Below are positions 18,201 through 26,685 of a DNA stretch of 64,000 bases, one piece after another. The DNA comes from Candidatus Woesearchaeota archaeon (GTDB lineage Archaea > Nanobdellota > Nanobdellia > Pacearchaeales > GW2011-AR1): assembly GCA_964573625.1 (NCBI GenBank), contig CAZNJU010000001.1, positions 673,510-737,509 of the forward strand, written 5' to 3'. How positions within the stretch are numbered: position 1 is the first letter of the stretch; each line of letters begins with the position of its first letter. The translations under genes were made by a program, and so were the position numbers. A model generated the notes under the pieces. It saw nothing but the letters and a program-made list of their open reading frames with translations. It was not told the DNA's origin and searched no databases.

Positions 18201-19900
18201 CCATATTATATGCTCGATTTGGGTTTAACGTTGGCACGACAGACGTTGTTTCAATAATCAATAGTAGCGCCTCAGCAGGAGTCGACAGTGGTGTTAGCGG
18301 AACTCCGTCAAACTCAACATTTAGAGGCAATACGTTGAGCTATTATTCCAGAGGATACTCAATTACCGGAACGAACAATACATACGTAAATAACACAGTT
18401 TACGGAAATACACAAGGTTTCGAATCAGGAGGTACAGCAAGTCGTTATTATAATAATACGCTACTCTCTAACACAAACGGATTTAGAATAACCGTAGGAG
18501 ATATTATTGTAGAAGATAGCTATTTCTATAATAATACTTATGGTTTTCTTCTCACTACTGATTTAGATGTAAATATCTCAAGGACGATTATAAACTCCTC
18601 AAGATCAGACGGGATTGCAGCCCAATCATCAGCAACGACTGCTCGAATAAACTTAGTGAATGTATCCTTCATCAATACAACAGGCTATGATCTTAATATA
18701 TCTGGAACATACAATAATTCACGATTCAATGATACATCAATAAATAGATACATCTTCTCTTCTTCTGGAGGAATATATTCATTTAGTAAATCAGGAGCAG
18801 GTAATATCAAATTCCTTCAGAGCATCAATGGATCAGGAAGCAATCTGAGCTCAAACTTAAATATCTCTTTCAATCTCATCAACATCAATGTTACAAGCAA
18901 CCCTGGATTGAACAGGAGTGCAAACATCACGTTTTACAACATGCCTGGGACATTTGTCAATCCTCGAATATTCAAGGACGGTTCTAATTGTACTTCTTGC
19001 TACAATTTTACTTCCTTAAATGCTGCCACTGTAACGTTTAACGTAAGCAATTTTGGAAATAATTTCACCATTCGTGGAGACAACATAGGTCCAATCGTCA
19101 ATATCACGTATCCTGCAAACACATCATATTCTTCAGGACCCACGGAACTCAATTATACGTTAAATGATACTGACATCCAATCATGTTGGTACACATTAGA
19201 TAGTGGAGTCACAAATATAAGTCTAACTTGTGGTACAAATGTAACGGGCCTCACATCATCTACAGGGACAAATACTTGGCAAGTGTATGCCAATGATAGT
19301 CTAGGCAATACTAACTCAAGCAACGTAACGTTCTTTGTAACTACTTCTGGAGCGAGTGGAAGCAGTGGTGGCGGTGGCAGTAGTTCAAGTAGTGGCGCAG
19401 GCGAAGCGTCTGCGTATGAAATCCCTGATAGCGTTCTTACCGAAGGATATGCTGCGTATGTCTCAGTTGGAAGCATTCTTAAATTCACATTAAGAAATGA
19501 TAATCATAGCATCCGAGTAATTTCATTCACTGAGAAGAATGCAACAATTCTCATTCAATCTGATCCAATTACGGTAATTATTAACCGCGGAGAATCAAAA
19601 CAAGTAGACATTGATAAAGATGGAAAAGAAGATATTATGTTAAAATACGAGTCGGTAAGCAATGGTAAGTTATTTTTATCAGTTCAGAAAGTCCAAGCGG
19701 CAATCGAAAAAGTTGTTGATCGCGCATCGCCCCCGATAGATATCGCTACAAAAGGTTGTATAGAACCATCATGCCCTTCTTCTGCCAAAGGTTTACTTAT
19801 TGTAGTATTGATAGCATGTCTGACAGGAATAAGTTTCTTTATTGCCTGGTACAGTCGATTTAGATCAAAGAGAAGAGTTCTCATGGGATTTGAAAAATAA
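15224..19900 (+). CDS. Secreted, C-terminally anchored M9 (microbial collagenase) metallopeptidase with Ig-like and beta-helix domains
   Basis: Signal peptide; TNNGGIYIE, LEELLRHEYTHYL.GRY and TWFDEGMAEFF; DNDGDG Ca motif; NosD-like repeats; Gly/Ser linker; TM plus basic tail. Confidence 0.85.
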   Translation: MKRGTTIGIILLAFVFCTLAPSPTEARSQLPLMKTNSISFSDQLNFGQLPPLSSIYTPNITEPHGDQYNITFTAPSPRFLTRIPEPPTGEYTLLDDACSTSDIANYTPTQIVDYVTTHSMDCLYFFWTYDANTLSVFTDAHIQAALNATEDRVATYDGTNNQSIQQLIFYIRTAYYHGSYHSSPNFTNATLLRTIDVYREFANTTYFNNASSDAELTLYHWINGADAAGVSYALVPQLNTIMRTFMNETNRWSRLTQLFNIYSIEGYSIPRGLYIGHPNRTQMISSMQQQNVSGILEDIALNDTMIPTAGTSLINNAIGSLGYMITVSEFNASSVNTLTKVINHYEPLTLPYLWAVYMLDYYNNCHTANENVSICLSNLTAPIFSVALPNNYSFDNGTRVFITALNYSDVQSLYHAIKQVEWEFGRVAGTVPVVGDNNSVLTMYIYGSPTDYALYQPFLFGLGTNNGGIYIEQWGSFFSYQRTTSESFYTLEELLRHEYTHYLVGRYIVQGNWGEVPIYDNQRMTWFDEGMAEFFTGSTQRDSVKTRKTLVQLIASDGTRLTVSDVFNSSSYNSFTFYRYAALFFNHLYTNDLQQMFDFIDTVKAANTTRFDAYVLSLRTNATYESNYQLFINNTVGNVSSLLNPSTDFPRYLNTTSISAIQAAFRQTTLGSGANCSALYSSSANARFNCTGQLTDSVTNASNRVAAWRIFDAALNKIINETLNSTINVTYTNFRAMNCKMDNITFVTVSSSVYPKTNYSCEGPLAFNTELAQCFDEIDNDGDGFIDYGNDTDCSSNYDTNESHSPPDFPSVTIVYPTSNIYVSVISALNYTVEDNSIQSCWYSTDQGVTNTTITCGTNVTGLTSSAGTNTWQVYANDSDGNTNSSTVSFTYIPNALTVGTCTSLNQTNKTYVLNASINPTEDSPCINITAQNITFTCGRYTIYNVTHANTIIYSNQFNTTIINCKNLTGGSGLASTGIKLVSANYSSIINVSILYARFGFNVGTTDVVSIINSSASAGVDSGVSGTPSNSTFRGNTLSYYSRGYSITGTNNTYVNNTVYGNTQGFESGGTASRYYNNTLLSNTNGFRITVGDIIVEDSYFYNNTYGFLLTTDLDVNISRTIINSSRSDGIAAQSSATTARINLVNVSFINTTGYDLNISGTYNNSRFNDTSINRYIFSSSGGIYSFSKSGAGNIKFLQSINGSGSNLSSNLNISFNLININVTSNPGLNRSANITFYNMPGTFVNPRIFKDGSNCTSCYNFTSLNAATVTFNVSNFGNNFTIRGDNIGPIVNITYPANTSYSSGPTELNYTLNDTDIQSCWYTLDSGVTNISLTCGTNVTGLTSSTGTNTWQVYANDSLGNTNSSNVTFFVTTSGASGSSGGGGSSSSSGAGEASAYEIPDSVLTEGYAAYVSVGSILKFTLRNDNHSIRVISFTEKNATILIQSDPITVIINRGESKQVDIDKDGKEDIMLKYESVSNGKLFLSVQKVQAAIEKVVDRASPPIDIATKGCIEPSCPSSAKGLLIVVLIACLTGISFFIAWYSRFRSKRRVLMGFEK
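17784..17860 (+). repeat. Copy 1 of a 77-bp intragenic duplication (Ig-like domain)
   Basis: Matches 19224-19300 with 2 mismatches; offset 1440 bp, in frame. Confidence 0.9.
19224..19300 (+). repeat. Copy 2 of the 77-bp intragenic duplication
   Basis: TAACTTGTGGTACAAATGTAAC...CAAGTGTATGCCAATGATAGT, as at 17784-17860. Confidence 0.9.
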
Positions 19901-19934
19901 CAAGCCTCTTAAAGTACATTTACGTGTATAATTC

Positions 19935-20774
19935 ATGAGAGTAAGATATTCATTTTCATCTAGAAGAACAAGACTAATTGATCCAAACAATAGTCATGCT
20001 ATCGCGTTTCCAAAGATCGTAAAGGAAGTAATTCGTATATCTGATGTTGTACTTGAAGTTCTTGATGCGCGATTTATAGAAAAAACACGTAATTTAGAAC
20101 TAGAAACACTGGTAAATGAAATGGGAAAGAAGCTGATTTATGTAATAAATAAGGCTGATTTGGCAGATCAAGAACAAATCCATTCAACGATAAAACAAAT
20201 TAATCTCTTTCCGTATGTTGTAATTTCATGCAAATCTCCTCAAGGTAGGAAGAACTTACGCGAGAGGATTAAAATTGAGATTAAACGTCTCCATGTAAGT
20301 CATGCAAAAGCACATGTAGGCATCATAGGGTATCCTAATACGGGAAAAAGCACACTCATCAACGTTTTAGCCGGAGGCGGACGTTCACGTGCTGCAGCTG
20401 AAGCAGGTTTTACCAAGGGAATGCATAAAATAAGATTTAGCAAAGATATACTTATAATTGATACGCCGGGAGTCATTGCTCCTGAAGACGCACCAGCTAC
20501 ACAGAAAGAGGATTTGCAAAAGACTGCTGAAGTAGGAGTTAAAATGTTCTCAAGCGTCAAAAACCCTGAAATTATCGTCGTTCATTTAATGAAAGACCAT
20601 GCCAAAATAATAGAGTCATTCTATAAAATCGAATCAATGGGTGATGCAGAAGTGTTGCTCGATGAGTTAGGGAAGCGCAACCATTTCCTAAAGAAAAAGG
20701 GTGTCATAGATCATGATCGTGCTGCGCGTCTTGTTCTCAAAGACTGGCAAACAGGAAAAATACGAAAAGCTTGA
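19935..20774 (+). CDS. Circularly permuted ribosome-biogenesis GTPase (RbgA/YlqF family)
   Basis: EVLDAR, then NKAD (G4) before GYPNTGKS (G1), GFTK and DTPG (G3). Confidence 0.9.
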   Translation: MRVRYSFSSRRTRLIDPNNSHAIAFPKIVKEVIRISDVVLEVLDARFIEKTRNLELETLVNEMGKKLIYVINKADLADQEQIHSTIKQINLFPYVVISCKSPQGRKNLRERIKIEIKRLHVSHAKAHVGIIGYPNTGKSTLINVLAGGGRSRAAAEAGFTKGMHKIRFSKDILIIDTPGVIAPEDAPATQKEDLQKTAEVGVKMFSSVKNPEIIVVHLMKDHAKIIESFYKIESMGDAEVLLDELGKRNHFLKKKGVIDHDRAARLVLKDWQTGKIRKA

Positions 20775-20791
20775 ATCGATACAAATGCTAA

Positions 20792-21328
20792 TTACTCAAG
20801 CCACGGATGAGCTTTTACAAAAGAGTGATGTCTCCACCAGGTGCCAAGTCCAATACGACGACCTGCGTGCACTAAAATAAACGAAACCATCAGAACAAGA
20901 TAAATAAGATGGTCATCAAGAAGAGGATTATTTTCTGGAGGAAATACCGCAGCCCACATCAAAAAGAGCATAACTGCTCCGGAAACGCTCGCGATATCAA
21001 CAAGTACTCCTAAGATGAGAGCAAGACCGATTCCTAGAAGTCCAAGCATAAATATCCAATCAACAAAAGCGTATCCTGCAAGTGATTTGAAAAATGGTGC
21101 AAGAGGACCACTTGTTGCAAACGTGAGAAATCCAGTCGTAGGACTTCCTCCTTGCAACCAGGCATTCTTACAAAGGAGTTGAATTCCTGCATCGGTATGA
21201 CATGTAGCATATCCTAACCCAATAAGTTTGTCAAAAAAAGCCCAAAGAAAAATAAGTCCCAGACAGATACGAAGCACAGCCCAAACATACGCTGTTGGTC
21301 GCGAAATAAAACGTCTCTCTTTAACCAC
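20792..21328 (-). CDS. DoxX/DoxD-like membrane protein
   Basis: LRICLGLIFLWAFFDK...AWLQGGSPT.GFL...NPLLDDH. Confidence 0.8.
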   Translation of the reverse strand: MVKERRFISRPTAYVWAVLRICLGLIFLWAFFDKLIGLGYATCHTDAGIQLLCKNAWLQGGSPTTGFLTFATSGPLAPFFKSLAGYAFVDWIFMLGLLGIGLALILGVLVDIASVSGAVMLFLMWAAVFPPENNPLLDDHLIYLVLMVSFILVHAGRRIGLGTWWRHHSFVKAHPWLE

Positions 21329-21366
21329 GAAGAATATAGGAAAAGAACGCTTTTAAAGATTTAGTA

Positions 21367-21759
21367 TCAGGCTTCTGTCTTTCGTGCAAACAATGGCTTG
21401 TAATGACTCCACGTATGAACGATTACATACACTTGCAAAACAATTAAGATAGCCATCATCACAAAACTCATAAGACTAGGCGCAAGTATGATATTGAACA
21501 ACAACACGTTTACCATAATCGGCGTAAGAAGAGCCATGGAGAACGGAACCCACTGATTGAAGACAAGCATAAGCCCGATAAGCGTCTCGCAAATCCCTAC
21601 AAAAGGTATCATATATCCTGTAGCTCCAAGAGCGAGGAGAAAAGCCATTCCAGCACTAGGCAAGGTAGGTGAAGGTAACGGTAAGAACTTAGTCACTCCA
21701 AAGAAAATAAATGAAAGTCCCAGTAAAATGCGTACAATTGTGTATAATGTCTTCCCCAT
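21367..21759 (-). CDS. DoxX family membrane protein
   Basis: RILLGL.F.FFGV.KF...TGYM...E..IG.ML...P.MVN.LLF. Confidence 0.8.
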   Translation of the reverse strand: MGKTLYTIVRILLGLSFIFFGVTKFLPLPSPTLPSAGMAFLLALGATGYMIPFVGICETLIGLMLVFNQWVPFSMALLTPIMVNVLLFNIILAPSLMSFVMMAILIVLQVYVIVHTWSHYKPLFARKTEA

Positions 21760-21798
21760 TTCAAAAATAAACTAATATGATTTATAAATCATTCGGTT

Positions 21799-22671
21799 TT
21801 ATGCGATTACACATGATAAAATCGCTGATTTACAGGCGCTAGAACAGCACGAATGCATTTCAACATCGCATTCAGGACAAATACATGTCCATTTATTACA
21901 AGTAGGATTTGGACAGTCACCACATAAGTCACACGGTTTATTGCAATGCATACAAGAGGTTATCGGCTTCGCATTCTGATCGATTCGTGAAGTCATTCGC
22001 TTATCAAAGACGAAGCAACTTCCTTCCCACACAGTATTAGGAAATTCCTGACAGAATGTAATGATCCCTCCATGAAGCTGACTCACATCTTTAAAACCTT
22101 GTTCAATCATGTATGCCGAAGCTTTCTCACACCGTATTCCTCCAGTACAATACATGACGATTTTCTTGTCTTTCTTGTCTTCCAGTTTTTTCACAAAATC
22201 AGGGAATTCTCTGAAGTTAGTAGTATCTGCGGTAACTGCTCCCTTGAACTTACCAACACGAGACTCATATACGTTCCTTGTGTCGAGAATAATCGTGTCC
22301 TTATCATCATAAACCTCGAGAAATTCCTTAGGCGTTAGGTATTTGCCTGTTTTGCTCATATCAAGTTGCTTGTCCATTCTGATAATCTCATTTTTTACCT
22401 TCACAATCATCCTATTGAACGGATGATGCGTCCCACGTTCTTCTTTAAACTGTATATCTGAGAAAAGGGCATCTTTGCGTAATTCTTCCTTATATTGTTC
22501 AATTTGTTCTTTAGTACCTGAAACTGATCCATTGAGACCCTCTGTAGCAACGAGTATGCGTCCCTTAATTCCAAGTTTTTTGCAAAAATCAAGATGGTTC
22601 GCACTCCAAGACTCAGGATTTTCTACCTGGGCAAACTTGTAAAATAAAAGTATGTGTACATCGCGTTCCAT
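21799..22671 (-). CDS. trhO: Rhodanese-domain protein, TrhO/YceA (UPF0176) family
   Basis: LFYKF, GRILVA.EGLNG, LDTRN.YE..GKF, MYCTGGIRCEK, GSCFVFDKR and a Cys-rich tail. Confidence 0.88.
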   Translation of the reverse strand: MERDVHILLFYKFAQVENPESWSANHLDFCKKLGIKGRILVATEGLNGSVSGTKEQIEQYKEELRKDALFSDIQFKEERGTHHPFNRMIVKVKNEIIRMDKQLDMSKTGKYLTPKEFLEVYDDKDTIILDTRNVYESRVGKFKGAVTADTTNFREFPDFVKKLEDKKDKKIVMYCTGGIRCEKASAYMIEQGFKDVSQLHGGIITFCQEFPNTVWEGSCFVFDKRMTSRIDQNAKPITSCMHCNKPCDLCGDCPNPTCNKWTCICPECDVEMHSCCSSACKSAILSCVIA

Positions 22672-22817
22672 AGAAAAATATATCTGAGCCGTTTTTTAAA
22701 GGTATTGACAATCTAAAAAACTGAGCAAGAAGTGCTTATTACTTACTTGAAGGTACTGATTAATTATGACCTGTGCATCACATGGATGTTTAAAAGTAAA
22801 AGACACGTAAAGAAACT

Positions 22818-23108
22818 ATGACCTTTATTGAAGAAATAACCTCTTTCCTAGGAAAATCACTTAAGACTGCTGCTCAGGAACTCGAAAGAAATGCGCGTAG
22901 AAATGTCGAAGCACGCATGCATGCTTTTCAAAGGTTCGTTTTCAAACAAGTGTTTATAGGAATTTTCTTCGCAATAGCCTCTCTATGTATTTCACTTGCG
23001 CTAATTTTTGCGGGAATCGAATACTTGCATCTTACTAAAACCATTTCATTCCTAGCCGTAGGAGTCATTGCGCTACTCATAGCTGTACTGATAAAAACAC
23101 TAAACTAA
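22818..23108 (+). CDS. Small two-TM protein, YqjE/holin-3_6-like
   Basis: Amphipathic N-terminal helix plus two TMs; adjacent to a DUF883-like gene. Confidence 0.5.
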   Translation: MTFIEEITSFLGKSLKTAAQELERNARRNVEARMHAFQRFVFKQVFIGIFFAIASLCISLALIFAGIEYLHLTKTISFLAVGVIALLIAVLIKTLN

Positions 23109-23124
23109 AAGGAGGTTCAATTAA

Positions 23125-23364
23125 ATGGCACAAAGAAAAAACGAGGACAGAGGAATACGCGACCGAATAAGCAGTGCGTATGAAAATACTAAAGAACGAG
23201 TCGGAGAAGCTCGCGACAGAACAGACGAGTACTTACGCGACCATCCAATACAATCAATAGCTATAGCTGCAGGAGTTGGCGCAGCAGTTGCAATTGGAGT
23301 AAGTGCATTCATGCTTAGATCAAGAAAGAGATCTTTCTTAGACAAAATATTTGATATATTCTAA
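23125..23364 (+). CDS. DUF883/ElaB/YqjD-like tail-anchored protein
   Basis: TDEYLRDHPIQSIAIAAGVG motif, C-terminal TM and basic residues; SD AAGGAGGT upstream. Confidence 0.75.
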   Translation: MAQRKNEDRGIRDRISSAYENTKERVGEARDRTDEYLRDHPIQSIAIAAGVGAAVAIGVSAFMLRSRKRSFLDKIFDIF

Positions 23365-23412
23365 TTATCGTATATCCGATAGGTTTAAATACATTCACGT
23401 ACTTGACAGAGT

Positions 23413-24000
23413 ATGGACTTTGAAAAAATAGTTATGTCGCGTCATGCGGCAAGAAAATTCGATGGTAAAAAGATAGATGAAGCTAAAGTTGAGAAACTTC
23501 TAGAGTTAATACGATATGCTCCTTCATCATATAACATTCAGCCATGGGCTATTAAAATAATTTCAGATCAGACTATCAAAGATAAATTAGCTCCTGCTGC
23601 ATGGAATCAGCCTCAAATCACTACCTGCTCACATCTTCTCGTCTTCTGTGCCAATACGGACATTGTGTCACATATTGACATGCTTGAGAATCAACTAAAG
23701 CAAGCAAATCTGCCTACGGAAGTAGTCGGAATGATGCGTAACTTCGAAAAAGGAATGAATCCTGACCAAAAGAGGAGCTGGGCTCAACGTCAAGTATATT
23801 TAGCGTTGGGAAACGCGCTTAATGGTGCTAAAGAACTAGGTTTTGACTCATGTCCTATGGAAGGATTTGATCCGAAAGCATTCGCAGAAATCCTCAATCT
23901 GCCCCAAAATATCATCCCTACCGCTCTCTGCACAATAGGATATACCTCAGATACTGTGCGTGCAAAGATGCGCCTGGATAAGAAAGATATACTTATTTAA
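23413..24000 (+). CDS. Nitroreductase family (NfsB-like) flavoprotein
   Basis: RHAARKF, APSSYNIQPW, NQPQ and DSCPMEGFD. Confidence 0.92.
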   Translation: MDFEKIVMSRHAARKFDGKKIDEAKVEKLLELIRYAPSSYNIQPWAIKIISDQTIKDKLAPAAWNQPQITTCSHLLVFCANTDIVSHIDMLENQLKQANLPTEVVGMMRNFEKGMNPDQKRSWAQRQVYLALGNALNGAKELGFDSCPMEGFDPKAFAEILNLPQNIIPTALCTIGYTSDTVRAKMRLDKKDILI

Positions 24001-24022
24001 AACACGCTTTCCTCAAAAAAGT

Positions 24023-24241
24023 ATGAAAAAGATGACTTATTGGGACGTATTACGAACATACCATTCTCAATTATACAAATCAAAAATGTACTGGATGAGC
24101 GGCATTCTTATTTTTCTAGGTTTTGTAATGATGCTTGTCACGTTGCCTCGTGTCACATTGGGAAGTACTGTTTTCGCTTTAGGCATCATTCTCTTGTTTA
24201 CATCAAAAATAATTGTTCTCAATCAGCAAGTCAAAAATTAA
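24023..24241 (+). CDS. Small two-TM hypothetical protein
   Basis: Likely start MKKMTYW, ~25 nt after TTTAAAA; two hydrophobic segments. Confidence 0.55.
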   Translation: MKKMTYWDVLRTYHSQLYKSKMYWMSGILIFLGFVMMLVTLPRVTLGSTVFALGIILLFTSKIIVLNQQVKN

Positions 24242-24281
24242 GTTTCATAGAGTTTAAATAACCTAAAAAAATAAGAGTATC

Positions 24282-24689
24282 ATGAATAAATTTGGAGCAC
24301 TGATTATTGTTGTTATCGCTGCATTTGCACTTATTGGAGTTGCCAGATATACAGGTTATGCTGTTGCACCTATTACCGATCAACCTTCACCTTCGGTAAA
24401 TTCAAGCGGAGGCAATACACCTGCAAGCGTCCCTACAACACAACCGTCCTCTTCAATAACTTTAGCTGAATTAGCAAAACATAATTCAATGAACAGTTGC
24501 TGGGTCTCATACCAAGGGAATGTGTATGACATAACCTCATTCTTACCAGTACATCCGGGATCGCCCCAAGCTATTCTTCCATATTGCGGAACTGCCACGG
24601 AGTTTACTCAGGCATTCACTCAACAGCACGGAACTTCTCAGGTAAGGAAACTGAACAGTAAAGGAATCTTAATGGGTACTCTCGCATGA
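24282..24689 (+). CDS. Membrane-anchored single cytochrome b5-like protein
   Basis: N-terminal TM and Pro/Ser linker; ELAKHNSMNSCW...VYDIT.FL.VHPG...CG...QHG. Confidence 0.88.
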   Translation: MNKFGALIIVVIAAFALIGVARYTGYAVAPITDQPSPSVNSSGGNTPASVPTTQPSSSITLAELAKHNSMNSCWVSYQGNVYDITSFLPVHPGSPQAILPYCGTATEFTQAFTQQHGTSQVRKLNSKGILMGTLA

Positions 24690-25081
24690 AATCTGAAGAA
24701 TACGGCAAAATACTTCTAAGAATTTCATTATCGCTCGTATTTCTTTGGTTTGGATTTAATCAAATTTATGCTCCCGGAGAATGGATAGGATATGTACCCT
24801 CATTCCTTACATCATTTTTCTCAGCAAACACAATAATTTTATCAAATGGTATATTTGAAGTCGTACTAGGGCTTATGCTTCTGACAGGAATGTATGTACG
24901 CTTTTCAGCAGCTCTTCTCGGCCTGCATCTTATAAACATCTCCTTTTCTCTCGGGTTTTCAGCAGTAGCTGTGCGTGATTTCGGTCTTTCACTTGCGACA
25001 ATTGCTCTATTCCTGCAAGGCCCAGACGCCTGGTCTCTTGACGCATATTTTACGAGAAAGAAGAGTCAGCATAATTTATAA
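24686..25081 (+). CDS. DoxX family membrane protein (b5-associated paralog 2)
   Basis: ATGA overlap with the b5 gene; LLRISL..VFLWFG...NGIFE...LHL...VRDFGL...GP..WSLD. Confidence 0.85.
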   Translation: MKSEEYGKILLRISLSLVFLWFGFNQIYAPGEWIGYVPSFLTSFFSANTIILSNGIFEVVLGLMLLTGMYVRFSAALLGLHLINISFSLGFSAVAVRDFGLSLATIALFLQGPDAWSLDAYFTRKKSQHNL

Positions 25082-25102
25082 GAATCGAAAACCTCCTATA
25101 AC

Positions 25103-25708
25103 GTGGGTTACGCATTTGTCTATGAAGCATCTAATCATTACAAAATAAAAGTAGCTATAGGTCTTCTTCTTTTTCTTGCGCTCTTCCTCGGAGTAACCAT
25201 CATTGTATATACTGTTGCGACAAGCTACTCGAGTGAGCATTCGTTTCTCACTAGCTTCGTCTTGACTATTCAGAACGAAATTATCAATTTGACTCCTATT
25301 GGGCTATTCTATTCCTCATTTCTCGGAGGAATATTTATTGTGCCCTCAGCAGAAGAAATCGTTTTTTATCTCGCATTACTTAAAGGAAATCCCATAATTC
25401 TTAGCATTGTGCTTGTAAACCTAGGACATTATGCTTCACAAGTAGTCAATTATTTTCTTGGCCTCAAAATAGGGAAGCTCATCGTTCCATTAATTTCAAA
25501 AAGAAAAATATACAAAGCCCGTCGATTTGTAAACAAGTACGGCCAGTACGGCGTCTTTATATTTAACGTTACTCCGTTGCCTGCTCCTCTTCTAACCTTT
25601 GCATTAGGAATAACGCGCTACAACAAATACCGTCTATTCTTATTCACCATTGCCGGAACGATATTAAAATACGCGATTATTGCAGGAGTTTTCGTACTGA
25701 TCCACTAG
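25103..25708 (+). CDS. VTT/DedA family membrane protein
   Basis: VPSAE, NYFLG, KYG, TPLP...FALG..RY and GTILKY. Confidence 0.8.
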   Translation: MGYAFVYEASNHYKIKVAIGLLLFLALFLGVTIIVYTVATSYSSEHSFLTSFVLTIQNEIINLTPIGLFYSSFLGGIFIVPSAEEIVFYLALLKGNPIILSIVLVNLGHYASQVVNYFLGLKIGKLIVPLISKRKIYKARRFVNKYGQYGVFIFNVTPLPAPLLTFALGITRYNKYRLFLFTIAGTILKYAIIAGVFVLIH

Positions 25709-25738
25709 TTATTTATAGTGGAAAGTCTCTAAATCACT

Positions 25739-26221
25739 ATGATTGTATTACAGGAGGGTAAAGCGTCTTTCGACAACACTCTTGATACGTACGTTCTGCG
25801 TAACAAACGCGTTCTCTCAAAAAATGGTATTAAAGTCGGTCGTGTAAAACATGTTCAAATCAATCCTCTTTCAGCAAAGATAGAAGGTTTTGTTGTAAGT
25901 CTTGGACTATTTAGTCAGCCAATGTATATTGGAATTTCATACTGCGATCGAATGTCCGCCGATGGACTTATTCTAAGCATCGATCCAGTCACCTTCCTTA
26001 AAGGCAGAAAAGTAGTTGCTTCTACTGGAGAAGTAATTGGAACAGTTACTGCGATCAATCGTAAGGGTACAACGAATGAAATTGAATCACTTGAAGTGAG
26101 CGCATGGCTGCGGGGCACATATCCTGTTCCAAGATCAGCAATAAAATATCCTGGTCACTCAATAATTCTCAACAGCTCTTTCAATGCCCCTAAAAAGCAT
26201 CTCTTTAAGCGATCTAAATAA
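25739..26221 (+). CDS. Tandem PRC-barrel protein A
   Basis: NKRVLSKNGIKVGRVKHV and LKGRKVVASTGEVIGTV. Confidence 0.75.
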   Translation: MIVLQEGKASFDNTLDTYVLRNKRVLSKNGIKVGRVKHVQINPLSAKIEGFVVSLGLFSQPMYIGISYCDRMSADGLILSIDPVTFLKGRKVVASTGEVIGTVTAINRKGTTNEIESLEVSAWLRGTYPVPRSAIKYPGHSIILNSSFNAPKKHLFKRSK

Positions 26222-26675
26222 AGCCATCACATCAGATGACATGCTTGGAAAAGATGTCATTGACGCAGAAGGCGTATTCATAGGTGTAGCTGAAAAAGCA
26301 TTCATCGACCCCGATACAATTGAATTTGTAGGTATTGCTGTTGACAAAGGATTTCTCAGGAAAGGGCTCGTTATAGGTAAAGAATACATTGAGCGTATCG
26401 CAGAGCATGCTATCTTTCTGAATATACGAATAGCCTATGAAATCCGAGGTATGCACGTCTTCGACGTCAATGGTAAAGAACTCGGCACCATCAAAGATCT
26501 CGTGCTAACATCCTCTGGAAAAGCAATCCAATCCATTCTTGTGAATTCTGGAACAAAACTCCCTCATAAAGAATACAACATTAGTGCCAAAGACATAGAA
26601 AACATCGGGTACACCGTCCGTCTAAACATTACCCAAGCGTATTTACTCGATAAAGCTAATAAAAGTCCTTCATAA
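26184..26675 (+). CDS. Tandem PRC-barrel protein B
   Basis: MLGKDVIDAEGVFIG and IRGMHVFDVNGKELGTIKDL. Confidence 0.8.
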   Translation: MPLKSISLSDLNKAITSDDMLGKDVIDAEGVFIGVAEKAFIDPDTIEFVGIAVDKGFLRKGLVIGKEYIERIAEHAIFLNIRIAYEIRGMHVFDVNGKELGTIKDLVLTSSGKAIQSILVNSGTKLPHKEYNISAKDIENIGYTVRLNITQAYLLDKANKSPS

Positions 26676-26677
26676 CA

Positions 26678-26685
26678 TTTATATA
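26678..26685 (+). promoter_or_regulatory. TATA-like box (TTTATATA) ahead of a long leader of the CxxC-x17-CxxC gene
   Basis: Same box type as other genes, but ~120 nt before the start; SD GGAGG at ~26787-26791. Confidence 0.5.

Noticed and set aside
17784..19300. Repeat pair as a DGR template/variable region
   Set aside because: Both copies are in frame within one gene, the two mismatches are reciprocal (A>G and G>A) rather than adenine-specific, and no reverse transcriptase is present
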